In this document: positions 8,729 to 18,087 of the stretch, in pieces | Position numbering within the stretch: the stretch's first letter is position 1 | Layout of the letters: each line of letters begins with the position of its first letter | Assembly: GCA_041739835.1 (NCBI GenBank) | Contig: JBGSNB010000037.1 | Coordinates: 1 to 42,509 of the forward strand | Length of the DNA stretch: 42,509 nucleotides | Direction of reading: 5' to 3' | Source of the DNA: Parvularculaceae bacterium | GTDB lineage: Bacteria; Pseudomonadota; Alphaproteobacteria; Caulobacterales; Parvularculaceae | The notes under the pieces: generated by a model | Told to the model about the DNA's origin: nothing | The model's database searches: none | Seen by the model: only the letters and a program-made list of their open reading frames with translations | Made by a program: the position numbers and the translations under genes

Positions 8729-10286
8729 AATTCCTCTAACGACGGGCGGCGCGCCGCTGCGCCTCAGTCTTGGCCTCAGGACCGCCGCGGCGCGCCGTCC
8801 GGATCGTCCCGCGCTGATTTCGGGGAGTACGGTTTTTAAATATGGCGACATCGTCCGCAGGATGAACAGGATCGCCAACGCGGCGGCTTCCCTCTGGGGG
8901 CTGCGGGCCGGCGATATCGTTGCGCTGATCGCGCCGAACCGGCCCGAATATGTCGAAATCGTCGAAGGCCTTTCCGATCTGGGCGTAATCGTCGCAACCC
9001 TCAATCCGCGCCTGTCGCCGGACGAATTGAGCGGCATCCTTGACGACTGCGCGCCGAAGCTGGCGTTCGTCGATCCCTCGCTTGAAGCGCTCGCCGACGC
9101 TGTGCGAAAGTTCGGCGTCAGGATTGTCCCGATCGCCGCCGACTACGAAAATGCGCTGGAGCGCGCTTCCGACGCGTTCAATCTTCCGCCGATTGATGAT
9201 GCGTCCAGCTTCTCGCTTTGTTATACGTCCGGCACCACCGGCACGCCCAAGGGCGTCCTGCTCTCGCATCGAAGCCGCGCGTTGACATTTCTCGCGATGG
9301 CGCTCGAATATCAGTGCTTTGGCGCTGCGGATCGCTTTCTCGCTTTGACGCCGCTTTGCCATGGCGCGGGCTTCGCGTTCACCGGGGCAGCGATGTCGTT
9401 CGGCGGGAGTTGCGTTTTGTTCAACAGCGCCGATCCGGAAAGCATCGCCGACCGGTTGACGGAAGGCGACATCACCGGCGTCTTCATGGTGCCGACGCAT
9501 TTCAGCCGTCTGTTTTCCGCGCCGGCCGCGGTTACGTCGGACTTGCGCACGAGTTGCCGTCTTAGGGCGATAATTTCAAACGCCGCCGCTCTTGGTCAGC
9601 CGTTGAAGGAGAAGGCGGTTGAAGCCTTTGGCGACGGACTGTTGCACGAAACCTACGGATCGACGGAAGCCGGGATCGTCACCAATATCCGCCCGGCGGA
9701 CATCCTCAGGAAAGCGGGCAGCGTCGGGCCTGCCTTCGTCCACACCGAGATCGAAATCCGAAGCGAAGACGGATCGCCGGCGCCGCCGGGCGCAATCGGC
9801 GAGCTCTTCAGCCGGGCGCCTTATACGTTCAACGGATATCTCAACCAGCCGGAAGAGACCGCCAAGGCGGTGCGCGACGGCTGGGTCAGCGTGCAAGACC
9901 TCGCCAAGGCGGACGAGGACGGCTTCATTACGATCTGTGGACGGAAAAAGGACATGATCGTCTCCGGCGGGGTCAACATCTACCCGGTCGAGATCGAAAA
10001 TGTGATCGGCCGCCAGCCGGGCGTCTCGGAAGTCGCGGTCGTCGGCTTGCCCGACGAAGAATGGGGCGAAAGGCTCCACGCTTTTGTCGTCCCGAAAAAC
10101 GGCAAGGCGCCGAGCGCCGTTGATATCGTCAGCGCGTGCCGCCGCGAGCTTTCCGACTACAAAACGCCTCGCGGCGTCACCCTGGTCGGCGAATTGCCGC
10201 GCAACGCCAGCGGCAAGCTGTTGAAGCGCGAGCTTCGCGAAATGGCTGCGACGCTCGTCGCTGCCGCCCCCCGCCGCGTCAGCTGA
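8718..10286 (+). CDS. Acyl-CoA synthetase / AMP-binding enzyme
   Basis: YTSGTTGTPKG, YGSTE, GRKKDMIVSGGVNIYP and LPRNASGK adenylation motifs; TTG start overlapping the upstream stop. Confidence 0.94.
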   Translation: MQREIPLTTGGAPLRLSLGLRTAAARRPDRPALISGSTVFKYGDIVRRMNRIANAAASLWGLRAGDIVALIAPNRPEYVEIVEGLSDLGVIVATLNPRLSPDELSGILDDCAPKLAFVDPSLEALADAVRKFGVRIVPIAADYENALERASDAFNLPPIDDASSFSLCYTSGTTGTPKGVLLSHRSRALTFLAMALEYQCFGAADRFLALTPLCHGAGFAFTGAAMSFGGSCVLFNSADPESIADRLTEGDITGVFMVPTHFSRLFSAPAAVTSDLRTSCRLRAIISNAAALGQPLKEKAVEAFGDGLLHETYGSTEAGIVTNIRPADILRKAGSVGPAFVHTEIEIRSEDGSPAPPGAIGELFSRAPYTFNGYLNQPEETAKAVRDGWVSVQDLAKADEDGFITICGRKKDMIVSGGVNIYPVEIENVIGRQPGVSEVAVVGLPDEEWGERLHAFVVPKNGKAPSAVDIVSACRRELSDYKTPRGVTLVGELPRNASGKLLKRELREMAATLVAAAPRRVS

Positions 10287-10309
10287 CGCGAGAATTCGTC
10301 AGATGACGC
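10276..10309. terminator. Candidate bidirectional hairpin between convergent operons
   Basis: GCGTCAGCTGACG-N8-CGTCAGATGACGC (12/13 paired), containing both stop codons; no clear U tract. Confidence 0.35.
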
Positions 10310-11540
10310 CCCGTGCTTTCTTGGCGGCGATTTCCTCTTCGCTCATGCCTAGAAGGTCCCGATAAACTTCCTCCGTGTGTGCGCCGTATTCCGGCCCGGC
10401 CCAGCGGACTTTGCCCGGCGTGCGCGAGAGTTTCGGGAATACATTCTGCATCTTCAGCGATTTCCATTTCGGATGTTCGACATCGATGATCGCCTCGCGC
10501 GCCGCGAAATGCGGGTCGGCGAGCATTTCCGGCGCCCGATAGATCTTGCCGGCGGGCACTGCGGCCTTGACCATCAGCGCCTCGATTTCGTCCATCGTGC
10601 GCCGGCTCGCCCATTCGCCGATGATCGAATCGAGAAGGTCCTGATTGGCGCCGCGCGCCGTATGCGTTGCAAAGCGTTCGTCCTCGGCGAGTTCGGGCAT
10701 GTCGATCGCTTCGCAAAGGCGGCGAAACACCGTGTCCTGGTTCGCCGCGATCAGATATTCGCCATCCTTGCATTCATAGACGTTCGACGGCGCGACATTC
10801 GGCAGTTTCGAGCCTGACCGCGTGCGGATGTAATTGGAGACGGCATATTCCGGGATCGTCGCTTCCATGATGTTGAGGACCGCTTCGTAAATCGCTGAGT
10901 CAACGATTTGGCCTTCGCCGGTCCTGTCGCGCTCATGCAGCGCCGCGAGCGCGCCGACGCAGGCGAATGTCGCCGCCAGCGAATCGCCGATCGACAGGCC
11001 GGTGCGCGATGAGGGCCTGTCCGGATAGCCGGATAAATAGCGCATGCCGCCCATCGCCTCGCCGACCGAGGCGTATCCGGCGCGCGGCGAATAGGGTCCC
11101 GTCTGTCCGTATCCCGACACCCGCACCATGATGATGCGCGGGTTGATCGCCTTCAGCGCCTCATAGCCAAGACCCCACTTCTCCATGGTGCCGGGGCGGA
11201 AATTCTCGATCAGGATGTCAGCTTCACGGATGAGGCGCCGGACGATGTCCTGCCCCTCGGGCGCGCGCAGGTCGGCCGTCACGCACCGTTTGTTGCGCGC
11301 GCAGATCGTCCACCAGAGCGGATACTCGCCGCGCCCCCATTCACGCATCGGATCGCCTTTGCCGGGCGGTTCGACCTTGATGACGTCGGCGCCGAAATCC
11401 GCCAGCAACTGCCCGCAATAGGGTCCGGCGATCAACTGGCCGAGTTCTATGACGCGAACATCGGTCAGCGGACCGCAGCGCTCATCCGTTGCTGAATTTG
11501 ATGAAGCGTCTTTCTGCGCCATTGGGCGTTTAGTCTCCAT
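10299..11540 (-). CDS. CaiB/BaiF class III CoA-transferase
   Basis: IAGPYCGQLLADFGADVIKVEPP, RNKR, ENFRPG and catalytic-Asp IGDS motifs; ATG at 11540 overlaps the upstream TGA. Confidence 0.94.
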   Translation of the reverse strand: METKRPMAQKDASSNSATDERCGPLTDVRVIELGQLIAGPYCGQLLADFGADVIKVEPPGKGDPMREWGRGEYPLWWTICARNKRCVTADLRAPEGQDIVRRLIREADILIENFRPGTMEKWGLGYEALKAINPRIIMVRVSGYGQTGPYSPRAGYASVGEAMGGMRYLSGYPDRPSSRTGLSIGDSLAATFACVGALAALHERDRTGEGQIVDSAIYEAVLNIMEATIPEYAVSNYIRTRSGSKLPNVAPSNVYECKDGEYLIAANQDTVFRRLCEAIDMPELAEDERFATHTARGANQDLLDSIIGEWASRRTMDEIEALMVKAAVPAGKIYRAPEMLADPHFAAREAIIDVEHPKWKSLKMQNVFPKLSRTPGKVRWAGPEYGAHTEEVYRDLLGMSEEEIAAKKARGVI

Positions 11541-13396
11541 CACGTCCACGACGGCTGAACGGGCGCTGCAAGGCCGGTCTCCGCCATGCACTGCTCGCGC
11601 AATTTCCCGATTGCGGGCCCGTAATCAAAGAGCGGCAGTTCATTGCGTTCTGCGCGCATGTCGGCGCGAAGCCTTTCCGTCGCAACTGCGTCGAGTGCGC
11701 CGGAAGGCGAGACAACGACGCCATAAGCGCGCGCGCCGCCGACGCTGACGAGGCCGCGGCGAACCTCCCGCGCGACGATTTCCGCGTCCCGCGCCAGCGG
11801 ATCGCCCCAGCCGCCGCCGCCCCAGGTGATGAAATGAAGCCGGTCTCCCTTGGCGACGTGAATATTGTCGACCTTTGCGCTGACCGTTTCCTGCGATCCG
11901 TCCTGACGCTCGATGATCTTGCGCGACCGTCTTCCCGGTGCGCCGCCATTCACGCCCCAGGGCGGGATGAACCAGCGGTCGTCGTGGATCGAGATCGTGC
12001 CAGCTTCGAGGACTTGATAGGTCATGTGAATGCCGTTGCCGCCGCGATTGAGGCCGGCGCCGCCGGAGTCGGGCGCTGACTCATAGCGTTCAATCACGAG
12101 CGGGAAATATTTTTCGAGAAATTCATTTGGGACATTCGTAAAGCCCGGCCAGAGCGAATGGCCGTCCGGCCCGTCGCCGAGCGGTCGTCCAGGAATCCCG
12201 CCAAAGCCGATCTGGAACAGCTGGAACCACCGCCCGTCGCCGCCGACACCGGAATACATGAGGTGCGGGCTCGACGAGAAGCCGGCGGCGTTGAGAAATT
12301 GCGGCGTCTTCTGACCGAGGAGGCCTCCGAGCACGTCGAAAATGCGGCCAAGCGCATGCGTGCGGCAGGAGAGGGCGGCGGGGAATTTCGGCTTCAGCAG
12401 CGATCCTTCCGGAATGCGCACGTCGACAAGATCGTAGAACCCGTCATTGAAGAGGATCTGCGGGTCGAACACCATGATCATGTAAATGCCGAAAAACATC
12501 TTCAGCATGTTTTCATTGAGGTAGAAATTGATCGAGGATTCCGACTGCGGATCGGTTCCTGCAAAATCGAGAATGACCTTTTCGCCTTCGCGGCGCATCG
12601 TGCATTTGATCTTGAAGGGTCCGGCGCCCAGCCCGTCGTCGCAGATGTAATCCTCGAACGTCACCGGCTCTTCCGCGATCATCGTGGTGATGAGGTGCTT
12701 CATCGCCCGGTGATTGCGCGCCAGAAGTTCCTCGGTCGCCGAATGGTAGACGTCATCGCCGAAGCGGTCGCAAAGCTCGTCGACGCGGCGCCCCGCCATC
12801 CGGCAGGCGGCGACGATTGCGTGAAGGTCGGCGCGATACCATTCCGGCATGCGCGACTGCGTGCAGGCGATGTTGAGAATGTCTCGCTGCAATTCGCCCT
12901 TTCGGTACAGCTTGACCGGAGGCAGCCGCATGCCCTCCTCGTAGATCGATCGCGCATCGGTCGGCAGCGAGCCTGGAACCTTCCCGCCGATATCGGTCAT
13001 ATGGCCGAACATCGCGCCCCAGGCGACGAGCCGCCCATTGCGAAAAACCGGCATGATGACGAGCTGGTCGCTCGTATGGCTGATCGCGCCCTCGCAGGAA
13101 TAGGGGTCGTTCAGCAAGATAACGTCGCCCTCTTCGATCGCGCCGTCATAGGCCTTGAGGAAGCCGGCGAGGAACGAGCCGAACTGGCCGACGATCATGC
13201 GTCCCTTGGCGTCGGCGATCATCGGGAAGGCGTCGCCTTGCTCCCGAATGCCCGGGGACATCGCGGTGCGAAAGAGCGTCGCGTCCATTTCCGTCCGCGC
13301 ATTGCGCAAGGCGTTCTCGATCAAGTCAAGCGTGACCGGATCGATCTCAACTTTCTTCAGCGGCGTTGAATTCGTTTCGATGATTTCAGCGGGCAT
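11540..13396 (-). CDS. Hydantoinase B / oxoprolinase family subunit
   Basis: RTAMSPGIRE, NDPY...SH..D, HMTDIGG..PGS, DSGGAG..RGG and GGGGWGDP motifs. Confidence 0.95.
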   Translation of the reverse strand: MPAEIIETNSTPLKKVEIDPVTLDLIENALRNARTEMDATLFRTAMSPGIREQGDAFPMIADAKGRMIVGQFGSFLAGFLKAYDGAIEEGDVILLNDPYSCEGAISHTSDQLVIMPVFRNGRLVAWGAMFGHMTDIGGKVPGSLPTDARSIYEEGMRLPPVKLYRKGELQRDILNIACTQSRMPEWYRADLHAIVAACRMAGRRVDELCDRFGDDVYHSATEELLARNHRAMKHLITTMIAEEPVTFEDYICDDGLGAGPFKIKCTMRREGEKVILDFAGTDPQSESSINFYLNENMLKMFFGIYMIMVFDPQILFNDGFYDLVDVRIPEGSLLKPKFPAALSCRTHALGRIFDVLGGLLGQKTPQFLNAAGFSSSPHLMYSGVGGDGRWFQLFQIGFGGIPGRPLGDGPDGHSLWPGFTNVPNEFLEKYFPLVIERYESAPDSGGAGLNRGGNGIHMTYQVLEAGTISIHDDRWFIPPWGVNGGAPGRRSRKIIERQDGSQETVSAKVDNIHVAKGDRLHFITWGGGGWGDPLARDAEIVAREVRRGLVSVGGARAYGVVVSPSGALDAVATERLRADMRAERNELPLFDYGPAIGKLREQCMAETGLAAPVQPSWT

Positions 13397-13405
13397 GGCG
13401 CGTTC

Positions 13406-15457
13406 CTATTGGGGCGAAATCAGAATGTTGCCGAAGGCGTCGATATGGGCATCGAACGCGGGGTGGATCAGCGTTGTCGCGTCCATCTCGATGACGATCG
13501 CCGCGCCCTTGATGCGGTCGCCCGCGCGCAAACGCGCGCGATCGTAGATGACCGCCGGCTTTGCGCCGCCGGCGATCCAGATTTCATGATCGCGCATCTT
13601 CGCCCGATAGGAATCGCCGTCGCCCTTCGGGATTTCGACGGTCGGCAGGTTCAATTCCTTGCCGAGCGCGACGGTTCTGAGATTAACGAGTTCCGGTTCG
13701 TTCTCCATGTTGAACGTAAAGAGCCGTCGATGTTCCGCATCGAAGGCCGCGGTCAGTCGAGCAAGGCCGCCGCCGCGGGCGAAGGCGTCGATATCGACCG
13801 TCATCGGCACTTCGAACGCCTGGCCGAAATACCGCATGTCGATTTCGAAGCGGACGGAAATGTCGCGCTCAGTCTCTCCCTCGGCCGCCAGCTGTTCGCG
13901 TGCCGCCGCCGCCATCGAGGACAGCGCGGCGGCGATCTCGTCGTCGCTGGTTTGCGAGCGCCGTTTTGAAAACGAACGGGCGATCTCGGTTCGCATACGC
14001 GTCGTCGCGTCGCCCATTGCGCATAGAACGCCCGGCGAATTCGGGATGATCACCGGATAGGAGCCCATCAGCGCGCCGACGGCATTGGCGTGCATTGGGC
14101 CCGCGCCGCCGAAACCCATCAACGCGAATTCGCGCGGGTCGTAGCCCTGCTGCACGGAAATCATGCGCAGCGCCCCGAACATGTTTTCGTTGGCGATGTC
14201 GATGATGCCTTGCGCCGCCTCATAGAGCCCGACGCCGATTTCGTCGGCGATTTTGCGGACAGCTCGTATGGCGCCCTCGCGATCGAGTTTCATCGCGCCG
14301 CCGATCAGCGATTCCGGCAGATTGCCGAGGACGACATTGGCGTCGGTTACAGTCGCTTGATCGCCGCCGCGCCCATAGGCGACGGGCCCTGGCGCAGCCC
14401 CGGCCGATTGCGGACCGACGCGCAACGCTTTCGTGAGCGAAGGCACATGCGCGATGGAGCCGCCGCCGGCGCCGACTGTCTTGACGTCGAGCGACGAAAC
14501 GCGGACCGTCAGATGGCCGACATCCGTCGTCCGTGCGAGGCGCGGCTCGCCATTCTGGATCAGCGCGACGTCAGTCGACGTGCCGCCGACATCAAGCGTC
14601 AAAATATCCTTGAAACCGGCGCTCTTTGCGACCCACAGCGCGCCGGCGACGCCGCCGGCCGGCCCTGACATGAGGAGATTGACCGGCGCTTCCTGCGCCC
14701 GTTCGGCGGAAATGAGACCGCCATCGGAGCGCAGCAGCGAAATGCGTCCCTTGACGCCGAGCGCGCGCAGTTCGCCCGCGAGATTGCGGACATATTTCCC
14801 GACGACTGGCCGCATCGCGGAATTCGCGACCGTCGTCAGGGTTCTTTCATATTCCTGCATTTCGGGCAGGATTTCGTGACTGAGCGATATCGGAATCTCC
14901 GGACACACATCGCGGGCGAGGGCGCCGACGCGCTTTTCATGAACCCCGTTCACATAGGAGTTCATCAGACAGACTGTCAGCGCCTCGACGCCGCGTTCTT
15001 TCAGCTTCATGAGCGTCGCCCGGATCTCTTCGTCGTCGAGCGGGCGAATCTCTCCTCCGCGCGCGTCAAGGCGTCCGCCGATCTCCAGCGTGTCTTCAAG
15101 ATCGGCGAGCGGTTCCGGCTTCGGCCAGACGATCCATCCGGCGAGGCCGCCGGGAACGAATGAGCGCGCGATCTGCAGCACCTGACGATAGCCGGTCGTG
15201 ACGATCAGTCCGACGCGCGCGCCCTTGCCTTCGAGCACGGCGTTGGTCGCCACAGTCGTTCCGTGCAGGAATGAATTGATGTCGGCCGGCGATACGCCTG
15301 CGCTGGCGCAAATGCTGCGGGCGCCCTCGACGACGGCGCGCGAGGGATCATCCGGCGTTGACGGGACCTTGGCGCGCCAGGATTCGCCGGTTTGCGTATT
15401 GAAAAGCAGGAGGTCGGTGAATGTTCCGCCGACATCGACGCCCAGTCTGTAGGTCAT
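13406..15457 (-). CDS. Hydantoinase A / oxoprolinase family ATP-binding subunit
   Basis: GVDVGGTFTD, HGTTVATNA, SGPAGG, DVGGTSTD, GAGGGS, GPQSAGA and FGGAGPMHA motifs. Confidence 0.95.
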   Translation of the reverse strand: MTYRLGVDVGGTFTDLLLFNTQTGESWRAKVPSTPDDPSRAVVEGARSICASAGVSPADINSFLHGTTVATNAVLEGKGARVGLIVTTGYRQVLQIARSFVPGGLAGWIVWPKPEPLADLEDTLEIGGRLDARGGEIRPLDDEEIRATLMKLKERGVEALTVCLMNSYVNGVHEKRVGALARDVCPEIPISLSHEILPEMQEYERTLTTVANSAMRPVVGKYVRNLAGELRALGVKGRISLLRSDGGLISAERAQEAPVNLLMSGPAGGVAGALWVAKSAGFKDILTLDVGGTSTDVALIQNGEPRLARTTDVGHLTVRVSSLDVKTVGAGGGSIAHVPSLTKALRVGPQSAGAAPGPVAYGRGGDQATVTDANVVLGNLPESLIGGAMKLDREGAIRAVRKIADEIGVGLYEAAQGIIDIANENMFGALRMISVQQGYDPREFALMGFGGAGPMHANAVGALMGSYPVIIPNSPGVLCAMGDATTRMRTEIARSFSKRRSQTSDDEIAAALSSMAAAAREQLAAEGETERDISVRFEIDMRYFGQAFEVPMTVDIDAFARGGGLARLTAAFDAEHRRLFTFNMENEPELVNLRTVALGKELNLPTVEIPKGDGDSYRAKMRDHEIWIAGGAKPAVIYDRARLRAGDRIKGAAIVIEMDATTLIHPAFDAHIDAFGNILISPQ

Positions 15458-15527
15458 GCCCCTTCCATTCGTGCATTATGCCGGTCCGCAAGGCAGCGGA
15501 TCAGCGCTGACAATAATACAGTTCCTG

Positions 15528-16436
15528 TCACGCGGCCCGCTTAGCAGGGAATGCGCCCGCGCGGCTGACCATCGCGGGCAGGCCACGTCCGATTTTTTGC
15601 GAAAGCCAATGCGAGGCGTCGATCAACGCCGCGAGATCGACGCCGGTTTCAACGCCGCCGCGCTCCAGCATGTAGACAATGTCTTCGGTGGGCGCATTGC
15701 CGGTCGCGCTTGGCGCGAACGGGCATCCGCCGACGCCGCCGATGCTCGCATCAATCGTTTCAACGCCGGCGTCGATCGCTGCGAACGCATTGGCGAGCCC
15801 GGTGTTGCGCGTGTTGTGAAAATGGCCACGCAAGCTGACGCCGGGCGCGGCGTCCCTGACGCGCGCAACCAGATCGCGGACGCGCCAGGGATCAGCGACG
15901 CCGATCGTGTCGGCGAGGGCGATGTCGTCAGGGCCCGCCTCGGCGATCTTCCTGACGATCGAGACAATCCGTTCGGGCGGAACTTCGCCTTCGAACGGGC
16001 ACCCGAAACTGGCGGATATCGTTACATTCGCACGCCGTCCCGCTGCCTTGGCGCGCCGGATGATCGCCGCAGCGACGGCGACCGACTGATCGGAAGTCTG
16101 GCCCTGGTTGCGACCTGCGAACGTATCTGTCGCGACGATGACCGCGCCGAGTTCGCCGATTTTCGTCGCAAGCGCCCGATCGGCGCCCTTCTCGTTGAGA
16201 ACTAGGCCGACATAGGAGACATCATCCCTGTCGGCGAGCGCGGCCACAACTGCTTCGGCGTCCGCCATTTGCGGCACGCGCGCCGGATTGACAAAACTCG
16301 CCACCTCGATGCGGCGGACGCCCGCCGCAACAGCGCGCGCAATGAGATCGACCTTGTCGGCCGTAGACATCAGCGTCATTTCATTCTGCAGACCGTCGCG
16401 CGGACTGACTTCGAGGATCTGCACGCGCGATTTCAC
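15528..16436 (-). CDS. Hydroxymethylglutaryl-CoA lyase family (DRE-TIM) enzyme
   Basis: EVSPRDGLQNE, HFHNTR and GGCPFAP..TGN motifs; GTG at 16436 preceded by AGGA (the ORF-track start 16472 lies inside the operator). Confidence 0.92.
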   Translation of the reverse strand: MKSRVQILEVSPRDGLQNEMTLMSTADKVDLIARAVAAGVRRIEVASFVNPARVPQMADAEAVVAALADRDDVSYVGLVLNEKGADRALATKIGELGAVIVATDTFAGRNQGQTSDQSVAVAAAIIRRAKAAGRRANVTISASFGCPFEGEVPPERIVSIVRKIAEAGPDDIALADTIGVADPWRVRDLVARVRDAAPGVSLRGHFHNTRNTGLANAFAAIDAGVETIDASIGGVGGCPFAPSATGNAPTEDIVYMLERGGVETGVDLAALIDASHWLSQKIGRGLPAMVSRAGAFPAKRAA

Positions 16437-16461
16437 GTTGATTTTCCTGTCTTTCGTCCAG

Positions 16462-16473
16462 ATTGTATACAAT
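16462..16473. promoter_or_regulatory. Candidate GntR/FadR-type operator ATTGTATACAAT
   Basis: Perfect 12-bp palindrome just downstream of the predicted -10 of the lyase operon; near copy at 18007-18020. Confidence 0.75.
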
Positions 16474-16475
16474 GA

Positions 16476-16504
16476 AGCCTAGTCATCATCCTCTTGGCTG
16501 TCAA
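16476..16504 (-). promoter_or_regulatory. Candidate sigma70 promoter for the lyase-hydantoinase-CoA transferase operon
   Basis: TTGACA (16504-16499), 17-nt spacer, TAGGCT (16481-16476); lies within the 3' end of the gntR gene. Confidence 0.65.
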
Positions 16505-17207
16505 TTCGCGGCGCACCGGACCGACCGTGTCGCGGCGACTTCGCTGCGCCATTCCTTTCGCCGGCGAAGGCGGCGCTTTTTCTGAACGCTTTGCCAGCGG
16601 TAAGGATATGGGTGCGCATGACCAGTTCGGCGAGCGCCGCGTCATGCGCCTCTATCGCATCCGCCATTTCGCGATGATGGGCGTTGGAGCGTTCAAGATC
16701 GGCCATCGAATAGACATTGGCGGTCCGCACGACGACCGCCTGGGCGACCATGGACGCGATCATGTCCGAAAGGCGTGAATTGCCGGCGGTTTCGCAGATG
16801 ATCTGATGAAAGCGGGCGTTCGCCCGCAGGAACTGATCGATGTCGGGATCGGGTCTTGAGGCCAGAGCCCGATCGATGAGGCGGATCTGTTTGCGCAACT
16901 CCGATATCTGAACCGGCGTCGACCGCTCGGCGGCGAGACGCGCGGCGAACCCTTCGAGAATCGCGCGCAGCTGGAACAGATCGTCGATATCCTCGGCGTC
17001 CCAGCCGCGCACGCGGGCGCCGCGGTTGGCCTTGATCGAGACGAAATAATCCGCCTCGAGACGGCGCAGCGCATCGCGCACCGGCGTTCGGCTGACGCCG
17101 ATCGCCGCCGACAAATGCTCCTCGCTCAGATGATCGCCCGGCTTGACCGCGCCCTCCAGGATCATCTCGCGGATCGCATGATAGGCTTTTTCCGATGACC
17201 TCGACAA
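16479..17207 (-). CDS. GntR family regulator (FadR/FCD type)
   Basis: AYHAIREMILEG...LSEEHL...GVSRTPVRDALRRLE wHTH; FH...AGN and HH...H FCD motifs; TTG at 17207 with GGAG RBS. Confidence 0.93.
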   Translation of the reverse strand: MSRSSEKAYHAIREMILEGAVKPGDHLSEEHLSAAIGVSRTPVRDALRRLEADYFVSIKANRGARVRGWDAEDIDDLFQLRAILEGFAARLAAERSTPVQISELRKQIRLIDRALASRPDPDIDQFLRANARFHQIICETAGNSRLSDMIASMVAQAVVVRTANVYSMADLERSNAHHREMADAIEAHDAALAELVMRTHILTAGKAFRKSAAFAGERNGAAKSPRHGRSGAPRIDSQEDDD

Positions 17208-17308
17208 AGGCGGCTCCGGCAATTGCGAACAGGGCAGTCGATATAGTATTTCCAGCAGCAATCGAAGCTATTCTTCGGCGCGCTGTCGCGCCGGGGCCTG
17301 GAGGTCGG

Positions 17309-17953
17309 ATGGCGAAGGCAGCGCCGAGCATTGTCACCCATGCCGGCGCCTTCGCCGGACGATTGTCGCCGGGAACGCGGCCGGCGCTCGTCGTCATCGA
17401 CATGGTCAACGCCTATCTCGATCCGTCGGCGCCGCTTTTCCTTGGGGACGCCGGCTCAATTGCGCTCGGATCGGCGAAGCGCTTGTGCGATGCAGCACGA
17501 CGGGCCGGCGCGCCAGTGTTCCTGACGTCGGTCGAATATGACGCGCGCGGCGTCAGCGGCGGCCTTTTCTACAGGAAGGTGCCGGCGCTCTCCTGTTTCA
17601 TCAAGGGATCGCCCCTGGCCGCCTTCCCGGCGGGCCTCGCCGCGGATGGCGACGCTGTCATTGTCAAGCAATACGCCAGCGCCTTCTTTGCAACGTCGCT
17701 CGCCTCGACCCTTTGCGCGCTCGGCATCGACACGGTCCTGTTGTGCGGGTTTTCGACAAGCGGATGCGTCAGGGCGAGCGCTGTTGACGCCATCCAGCAT
17801 GGCTTTGCGCCGTTCGTCGTCCGCGACGCCTGCGCAGACAGAGCGGCGGCGCCGCATGCCGCGAATCTCCAAGATATCGCCGCCAAATATGGCGAGGTGA
17901 TCGACGAAGAGGCGGCGAAGGCGATTCTCGCGCCTGTTCGTCCGGCCGGTTAA
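17309..17953 (+). CDS. Isochorismatase-family cysteine amidohydrolase (maleamate amidase / N-carbamoylsarcosine amidase-like)
   Basis: PALVVID, KQYASAFF and GFSTSGCVRASAVDA give the Asp-Lys-Cys triad; GGAGG RBS before ATG 17309. Confidence 0.9.
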   Translation: MAKAAPSIVTHAGAFAGRLSPGTRPALVVIDMVNAYLDPSAPLFLGDAGSIALGSAKRLCDAARRAGAPVFLTSVEYDARGVSGGLFYRKVPALSCFIKGSPLAAFPAGLAADGDAVIVKQYASAFFATSLASTLCALGIDTVLLCGFSTSGCVRASAVDAIQHGFAPFVVRDACADRAAAPHAANLQDIAAKYGEVIDEEAAKAILAPVRPAG

Positions 17954-17991
17954 CTCCGGCCGGGGCGTGTGACTCTTGGGCTTTTGGGGCT

Positions 17992-18020
17992 TTGCCAAAG
18001 GGCGCGAATTGTATACATTT
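17992..18020 (+). promoter_or_regulatory. Candidate promoter with overlapping GntR operator AATTGTATACATTT upstream of the TonB receptor
   Basis: TTGCCA (17992-17997), 16-nt spacer, TACATT (18014-18019); 12/14 palindrome at 18007-18020 matches the 16462 site. Confidence 0.65.
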
Positions 18021-18087
18021 ATAGATAACGTTCGGCCTACGCGGCAGGGGCGGCGACCAGCCGGAACGACATCGGGAGCGGGAAATC

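Noticed and set aside
12158-13369. 403-aa plus-strand ORF and similar long shadow ORFs (2930-3928, 25054-26025, 31191-32081, 37491-38660, 38545-39573)
   Set aside because: Antisense or off-frame to well-supported genes, expected in high-GC DNA, with no recognisable motifs.
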